Shown here: in pieces, positions 56,442 through 64,000 of the stretch
Layout: each line of letters opens with the position of its first letter
Numbering within the stretch: position 1 is the stretch's first letter
Assembly: GCA_051294375.1 (NCBI GenBank)
Contig: CM119267.1
Location: 15,540,105-15,604,104 of the forward strand
DNA from: Paraspadella gotoi
Lineage: Eukaryota > Animalia > Chaetognatha
Length of the DNA stretch: 64,000 nt
Direction of reading: 5' to 3'
Translations under genes and position numbers: made by a program
The notes under the pieces: model-generated
The model's database searches: none
What the model was told of the DNA's origin: nothing
The model's input: the letters and a program-made list of their open reading frames with translations, nothing else

Positions 56442-57852
56442 TCATATGGACAAGGATCCGACGCTCTCTTCCTCTGCCTCGGAATCACCGACCTTGTCGA
56501 TGACCGAGTTATAGTGCTCTCCGAGTCTGTAAAAATGTCTGTGGTAGGAGAGAATCAGCGGGGATTCGCTGCCAAACTCCTGGCCGCCCACGTTGACGAC
56601 AGGTCCGTCGGCCTGGACGATTTCGATCGGGATCTTGAAAACGTTGGCTAGGGCCCTGATCTCTAGCTGGCCGCCCCAGGCGGTTGTCTTGGCCACCCTG
56701 TCGCAGTAACCGTCGAAGGCCTCCTCGGTCATGGGTTCCCCGGTGTTCGGGTCTGTGAGGAAAGGGAGGAAGTCCTCGCGATGTGTCCGCATGTGAGCCG
56801 CCGCGCGCTCGCGCAGGTCCTCAATCGTCTCTCGCTTCTCTTTGCGTCGGCGGAGCTGGTCGGCCACGGCCGAGTAGAGGCAGTGGCCGTTGGCGGGAAC
56901 TTCGTGCACGGCCTATTTCAATATAGGGAAATAAGAAGAAACAAATTTTACGTCTAAATTTTTTAAAAATTTTAATAATGTAATAAAATTGTGATTGAAA
57001 TCACAATTTTATTACATGCAGCCGTCAACGATCGAAACCTGGTTTTTGATTGCCAATATTCGTCTGAGTTTTTCAGCCTCTATGTGTCTCGCGCCCCTCT
57101 TGTTCGTTTCCTCTTCGTCTAATATTCGCTGCTCCCGTTCTCGCTCCTTTCGCTCTTTCTGTTCGCGTCTTCGTTGCGCTTTGCTTTTTTTGCCTCCTGG
57201 TAGATTGCGAAAAGAGAAAATCAATAGGTAGACTGGTAGAAACTAAGACGAGAAAATAAAAAAAAATTCACAAAAGAAAAACAAGTTCAAATAAATTTAA
57301 AATAAAAACTCATGGCTGACCCCCGGTCTCTGACTCGGTTCCCGGCATCGACGAGGTATCTGCCCCTTCCCCGAAATCCGGCGTCAGAGTGGACATAGAG
57401 GCAGAGGGCGTGGAGAGCGACGGGGCTGTGATTGAGAGCGAAGGGGTGGCTGGGTCGGGGAGTATCAAGTCGCCGGCGGTGCTGTCCAAGGGAAAACCGC
57501 TCAGTTCCGATTCGGAAGCGACGAGGGGACCCCGAGGGACGTCCTCCTCGGCGACCATGGGAGTCTTCCAGCCCTCGGACTCGCTGTCGTCGTCACGTAA
57601 CCCTCCATCCTCGGTCGCCTTCGACAGCTCCACTTTCTCCGCCTCGCCGTTTTCAAAGTCTTGCAATTCCTGCTTGTGTCTTTGAACCAGGGCGGCCTCC
57701 AAGTTTTGAATCTGTTCCTGAACTTCCTTCTTTCGCTTTTTGTCGTTTTTATTTAGGGATTTTTTAAGGGCTTGAATTTGGGACTGGAGGGATTTTTGCT
57801 CGTCTCGGTGGCGCTTCTTTAGCGCTTCTAGGGAAGTCATTTCTTCGCTCAT
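56442..57852 (-). CDS. OTUD6B: Deubiquitinase OTUD6B, 3 exons
   Basis: RHRDEQKSLQSQIQ, SKAQRRR, VPANGHCLYSAVADQL, WGGQLEIRAL and LGEHYNS. Confidence 0.93.
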
Positions 57853-57925
57853 TGTCTTTAAAATCACTTCGTCTGAAAAACAATATCAATAAATAAACTA
57901 CGTATAATAAAATAGAAAAACAAAT

Positions 57926-59168
57926 TCATCGCGCAAGTAAAGATAACGACTCGACGCATTCGCTTCTCCGCGCCAACGAAGCCAAGTCAAGCGGCGTCCG
58001 ACCCTCTGCATCGACGATTAAAATGTCATTTTCGTCAACTTCGATATCTTTCAATCGATCGAGAATTAGGCCGACGATCTCATGATGTCCTTCTAGAGCG
58101 GCATAGTGCAAAGGAGTTCTTGCGCGGTCGCCGTTTGGCCTTAGCAACGCCTCGCGCGCGCTAATAGTTTTAGTCATTTCGCGAAAAACAAAAAGGAAGC
58201 AAGAGACGTCGCCGACAATCGCTGTCAGGTCTATTGGACGCCGACCCAAAGAATCGAAATCGGAATTAGGATCGATATCGCTCCGCCGCTCCGCCAACAA
58301 AAGTTCGGCGATCTCCACGTGACCTCCCTTGAGGGCGTCGGTGAACGGCGTCGCCCCGCAGGCATCGCGACAATCGATCGACTTTCGCCAAACTTGAAGC
58401 AAAACGCGAACGGCGTCGATCTTGCCGTGGAGCGACGCCGTGTGAAGAGGCGTTCGTCGCACGGCGCTTTCTGTTTGCCAGAGATCAGGATTGAGGCGAA
58501 GTAGATACTCTAGTACGGCTCGACTGCCGACACGACATGCCAGATGGAAACAGGTCCAGCCGTCTTTGTTTTTCAGATTGGCGTAGGTTGCGCCTCCTGA
58601 AATATAACGGGGACCGGTTAACATTATTGTTGGCCCAGTTCATTTAACTTGACACCCCTTAAAAAAGCCTTTATTAACGTTTCACCTTCCTCAATCAACA
58701 ATTTAATGACGTTGAGGTCGCCTTTCGTGCAGGCGAGCATCAACGGCGTCCAAGTAGCTCGCTTCAACGCATCCACGTCGACTCCACCCGAAATTAGATA
58801 AGAAACACAATCCGTGTGGCCAAAGTGGGCGGCTTCGTGAATAGGACGTTTGCCGTCAAAGTTGGCTACTTCTAGACTGATAGATCAGTGTTTGGGTCAT
58901 AAAGAGCTTAAGTAACCAAAAGGATCAGTTACCTTGCATCGTATCGATCCCTCAACAGCCTCAAGACAGTAGTTCTACCATGACGAGCTGCCACGGTGAC
59001 GAGATAATCTCCATTTCTTTTTCCGTGAAGCTGCACCAAATCTTTCATCGACGCGACATCTGATTGTTCCTCAATTAAACTATTTAATTCCTCCACGGAC
59101 CCCTTTTGAATCATGCGAAAGAGTTTTTCGAGAGCCGATGATAGTGTGCTGTCACGTCGCTTGCCCAT
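57926..59168 (-). CDS. ANKRD16: Ankyrin repeat protein, ANKRD16-like, 3 exons
   Basis: NFDGKRPIHEAAH, VDALKRATWTPLMLACTK, NKDGWTCFHLACRVG, RRTPLHTASLHG and DACGATPFTDA. Confidence 0.85.
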
Positions 59169-59337
59169 GATAACGAGGAATAAATATTGTTCGCTTGAAA
59201 TAGGGTCGTTTTGATTAGTATAAGCAGAGCAGAATACAAAGCTCACGCCACCCAATATCCGTGCGACATGGTAAATAATTTCCATATTCATAAAAACAGC
59301 ATACAACCGTGGAAAAACGTTAAACCAGTCAAGGGAA

Positions 59338-60325
59338 CTATGTCGCGTTTACGTTTTTCGCTTTATTCATAGTTAATTTCATTTGTTCGACTAAAAGTTT
59401 TCGTTCAGTCGGCGGAGTCAAGAAATACAACTTCTGTTGGTCAGAATATCTCTGCTCAACCGGAATAACGTCTCGGTAAGTACAGTCTCGCCAATTTCCG
59501 TTGAAGCGTTCAAGCACTTCGATTTTCTTAGCGTCCGTTTCGAGCACGTCAAGACTTTCCTTACGCGTTAGATTCGGAAAATGAATCTAAAAATTATTCA
59601 TTAAAAGATCGGAATAAATTTTCTTAAATAATATTACAATACAACAATACCTCAGGAAAAATAAATATTCCACGAATGGCAAACCATCCTCCATATTTAG
59701 GATGAATACAAACGCCGAACATTTTCTGGGTCGGCTGCCAGGATTTGTCCTTGACGTCCGACTGTTGGTAATAATAAGCCGCACCTAAAATTAGGGAACA
59801 ATGGCTTTAAAAAAATTAATCTCTCCTCATATGAAAACTATTTACTATTTACTATTCACCAGCTACGTGAGCCGCAGTTTGAACTAAAATCTTGGGCCTT
59901 CTAGATCCGGGAATCATTTCAAAATCGTGGATAACTTCAACATTTTTAACTTCGTCAAAGGTGTTTTGGACATCGAGAGCCATTTCCTGCAAGTTGAAAA
60001 CAGAAACGCGATGTTAACGAGAAAACGTCTCGCACCGCGAATTGGGTTATACATGTATTACCTGAAACTTAATTTTCATGAAGCTGTCGACTGGATCCCG
60101 ACCTTCTTCTTCGCAGGCCGTCTCCCCGCATAAAAAAGGGACGAAAGAGTTTTCAAACATGCGGGGGACGCTTAGCACGACGAAAGCCAACGTGTCGGAG
60201 TCCAAGCGATCGAAACGAAAAGGCGGACTCACCGTCTCGTTGTACCATCGAAGGAGAAACGGATGTGATTCAAAACCCAACGGCGAAAGTTTCGAATCCA
60301 TGATGGAACAGAGTCTTTCTTCCAT
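59338..60325 (-). CDS. MMACHC: Cobalamin-processing protein CblC, 4 exons
   Basis: GFESHPFLLRWYN, PRMFENSF, RRPKILVQTAAHVAGAAYYYQ, IHPKYGGWFAIRG, NWRDCTYRD and YSDQQKLYF. Confidence 0.93.
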
Positions 60326-60453
60326 GACTCAATCGAGCACCTAATTGAAAATTGTCGTCGAAGACGTCATAAGCGATCGACGGATGAAGGTAGTTAAAAA
60401 AAAAACGTGGCTGTGGGCATTTTGAGAATGCCAAATAAATTTAAAGCTTGTTT

Positions 60454-62483
60454 TTATAAGTCAAACATTTCGCTGATGGGATCTCTCATGCCTTCCTCGG
60501 TTTTGTTTTCGAGAGGTTTGTTTTTCGTCGTGTTGCCGAAGTTCATTATGTAGTCGTTCAAGGCCTCCTTATTCCGAGGATCGGGTCTCTCGTCGGTGGA
60601 AGGGGCGGCGTTATAATGAACCAGAGGTATCGCTCCGGGAACTGGGTACTGAACAATGCTGTCGGTCGGATATACCACCGTTGGGTATTTTATGAGATCT
60701 TTGTCGGGTACCCCTTGTTGAGTATTGTTTGACGCTTTTACTTTGGCTTCCTGAGTGGTGTTAAAGACGGCCCCTGATTTAGATTGGTCAGAGGCCTCCT
60801 TGTCATCGTCTTCGACAAATATGTTTCTTCCTTTGACGGGGATCACTTTTTTCATCTGTTTCGCTTTTGTGACCTTCTTAGACGATTTAGGTTTGGTCCC
60901 ATTTTCCATCCAATCTTTCCACTGATTTAATCTCTTTTGTGTCTCGTTAGCGTCCTGTTTAAATATTGAAAACAACTTTGTAAATATTCAAAAACATATC
61001 TATCGATCGCCCAGTCCTTAGATAACATTTTGAAAAATTGTGATAAAACTTGCCCGAGTTAAATCGTCTAATTTCCGTTGCTTAATGTTGGGAGGATGAA
61101 CTGAATTAAACATTTCTTCTTTGACCGCGGCGATCTGCGGAGTTTGACGACAAAAATAATTTACCACTTAAAAATAAAAAAATGATTATTAGTACCGTAC
61201 ACAACAGAAGATATAACCTGCTTGGAATACTTTTCGAACTTTTCTTCGGTTCTGACCCAAATGTCTTCGATATCCTCCTCGCACAAATCGAGCTGGGCGA
61301 GCTGTTTCTTCGTCAAAGATTGCTCATCCTTAGTCCGGCGCTTTTTCAAATAATTGGTCGTCTTGATCATGAGAAACATCCTTGTTAAGACCCAGGGTTG
61401 GTCTACGTTGTCGTCGTCGACTTGCCTGTCGTCGTCGGGCAGAGATTCCGGTTCAGAATCTTCCGAGTCAATCTCCTCTTCCGGTTCAATTTGGATATCT
61501 TTGTCCCGAGATCGCGGCCCCGGCTTGTCTTCACGAGATCGATCTCGCCACGCGCGGTCGTCCCCAGCGTCGTTACTCCGACCCGAATAATTACGATTTC
61601 CTCTACCCCCTCCCAATCCTCGTCCTCGGTTTCGGCCAGAGCCTCTCTTCCTGCCTGAAAACATCTGCTGCAGTGGCTCGTCAGGCACACCGAAAGGAAA
61701 GGGGTCGAATCTCTCGCCCTCGGAATCGTATCCCGGACGTGATGTTTTGGGCGGCTTTTTAGACTCTTTATTCCCCACACGAACGTCTTCGTCGTCGTCG
61801 TCTTCCTCGGACGAGTAGGACGAGTCAGAAAAGTCCATATTTCTCGTGCTTTGGATAGCGTAGATTTTTTCTTTTTGTCTGACGTAATCCGCCCCATTTG
61901 TATAATCTGGTCTGAGATCTCGTCCCGGTCGTTGATCACCGTCGGAGTAACGTTCCGAACGAATACGAGGATCAGACCGACCCCGATGACACGCGCGCGG
62001 ATATTGACTCGTATGCGGAGGGGCCGAGATAGGAACGACACGGCTTTGGCTCCGTGGAATGTACAAAGACTGGTCTCTAACAGTGTTGTACTCCTTGGAA
62101 GAAGCCAAACGTTTACGGAAATCGGGGTCTCGACCACATCTGTCCCATTGGATTAAATGGTCCGAGTAGTGAGGCTGGGACCCTTGACGGTACGACTGAG
62201 GATCATGCCTGGAGGGTTCTTGGCGGTATGGTGGGGCTTTGGAACGGTGGGTCAGTGAAGACTCTCGACGAAGATGAGAATCTGAACGGTAAGAGCTAGC
62301 CTCTGGACGGTACGCCTGAGGCGAATGGTAGGAACGTGGGTCCGACTGGTAGTTTCTGGGCGAACGCTGTCTGTGTATGGAGGTGCGATCTTCGTAGTGA
62401 CCGCGCTTCGACGAAGCACGATGATCGTACGGCGGAAAACGCATCGGATCTTCCGACCGGGAATCAAAATGAGAACGTTTCAT
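60454..62483 (-). CDS. Orphan low-complexity protein (RS/RD/Y-rich, RGG, acidic, short coiled coil), 3 exons
   Basis: The long first exon is joined by one GT-AG and one GC-AG intron to the 60454-60954 exon in a continuous frame. No family recognised. Confidence 0.7.
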
Positions 62484-62627
62484 TTTTTATGCCAGTCACC
62501 AATATATACTAACAAAATAGAAAAAATTTGGAGAAATATAAAACATTAATCTTTGTATGTATTTAACATTAGTGACTAGATGATCAAAAAAAATAAACGT
62601 TGAAAAACCCGAAAAGCGCTAAGAAAA

Positions 62628-63985
62628 TTAATTCTTCCACTTTATGTTGGGGTTTTTCAGCAGCAGATCTGCATGGATCGCGTTCTCCGGTTTCAGTTTT
62701 CTCGCGTAGTCAATGAGGCCGAGCCTGTCCCGTTCCGTGGCGAAGGCGTCGACGGCGGCTAAATGACACCCGATTTTTATCGCCGTCGCCAATCGATCAC
62801 CAACGTCATTAACTTCTAACAGGTAGGAGGCAACCATTCGTGACTCGGCACCCTTCAAAGAATATTATCTGGGTATTGATTATTTGATTACAAGGTAAAA
62901 ACTAACTTTCTCATTCTAACCTGCTTCGACAAAATGGAGGCAACCGTTTTAAAATCCAAATCGACCTTGCGTTTCTCCTTGCCGAAAAAAGACTTTGTCT
63001 TAAGTAGTTTGTCCACTTCCGTCCAGCGCTTTAGCCGTGCGTGCGCTCGCAGCGCTACCCAAGCGTGTTGTTTCTGAGAGAGGCCGAAAGTCTTCCGCAG
63101 GAACTCAGGGCTGCCGAAGCAGCTGACCGGCTCTCCGTAATGGTAAGTGACGCAGTAGTTGAGTGACGTGAGCAGTGGGAGATCGATGAGGCTTGATGGT
63201 CGGGGAATGCGGGCAAATATTTCCAATTCTGGTGGAAGATTAGGTTCGGGTAAAGGCGGCGAAGATTGTTGCTCAGCCCGGAGTCGCAGCAACGTCTCTT
63301 TGGCCTTGGCGGCGACCTCCGCGTCTGACTGATCGATCGGCTGTTGAACTTCGAGGAGCTGGATTTGTTGCTGAATCAAAGCGGCGTCTTTGGCGAGGAA
63401 GGGGTCGGAAAGATAATGTGCTTGGAGGCAAGACTTTAGAGCACGGACTTTTTGTTGAGGATTCTTCATTTTCGTTGCTTGACCGAACTTTAAGATGGCA
63501 GCTTCCTCGTTGAAGCCGAACATACCGAGGGTCTCGATCAAATCGGATGTTCGAGAAGTTTGCCTCAAGTACTGTCAATAAATAAAAATAAACGTTCTCA
63601 ATTGGGCATTCCCAATAATTTTCTCATTTTCTCTTCGTACCTGCAAATAATGATCTCTCGCCGCGGGACGGGATTGAATCTCGGCCAAAAACAAATTGGT
63701 TTTGACAGTTTTATGAAAGAAAACGACGGCGGCGGTAAGAGCGTCCCCGTCGCCGCAATCGACGGCGGCGTCCAGCAAGGCCAGTTTTTCGTTCAAAGAT
63801 TTGTAGGTCTCAAGGGTATAGACCTGGAATAAGGAATTTGAAAATACGTACTACAGTAAAAAAAAAAAAATCAACAATCTTGCCTGCCCAGTTAACATGC
63901 GCTTGACCGTTTCCTCGACTGGAAGAGACGTCCAACGCGAAGATTCAGCCGCCGCCAATTTGCGTTTGTAAGAATTGAGATCCGA
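62628..63985 (-). CDS. VIPAS39: VPS33B-interacting protein VIPAS39/SPE-39, 3' part
   Basis: PVEETVKRMLTGQ|VYTLETYKSLNEKLALLDAAVDCGDGDALTAAVVF, FGSPEFLRKTFGLSQKQ and C-terminal NIKWKN. Confidence 0.88.
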
Positions 63986-64000
63986 CTTTTAAAAAAAATT

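Overview
Compact, intron-rich invertebrate animal nuclear DNA with GC-rich exons, AT-rich introns of mostly 55-100 nt and the standard genetic code. I cannot name the species. I can trace 25 protein-coding genes and every one is on the minus strand. In transcription order they are VIPAS39, an orphan RS/acidic-rich gene, MMACHC, ANKRD16, OTUD6B, RMI1, MRPS2, ELAC1, ATAD1, HSF, OGDH, a DYRK/HIPK-like kinase fused to a bromodomain, ninjurin, CLINT1, PEX11, DHRS4 (plus a 5' pseudocopy), an orphan RRM gene, ELAC2, CTDP1, a D-threonine-aldolase/DSD1-like gene, TSSC4, PCTP, ATF2/7-like, ESS2 and AOAH. Many stop-to-start gaps are only 62-190 nt, are U-rich and end in an unpaired splice acceptor just before the next ATG, and those inspected lack AATAAA. 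This points to long polycistronic transcription resolved by trans-splicing. Further highlights: (i) two paralogous, covarying ~150-nt structured RNAs in ~300-nt introns of unrelated genes (CLINT1, RMI1) that I cannot assign to a known family; (ii) a coding-like 31-codon extension after the OGDH stop ending in a polybasic stretch plus CAIM (CaaX); (iii) the kinase-bromodomain fusion; (iv) a 59-aa transmembrane micro-ORF; (v) at least four GC-AG introns; (vi) complementary sequences near both ends of long introns. Mobile DNA (solo LTRs with 4-bp TSDs, a tRNA-derived SINE, MITEs, Helentron-like ends) was seen only in introns. Exon boundaries were read by eye and homologies are from recalled motifs, not database searches.
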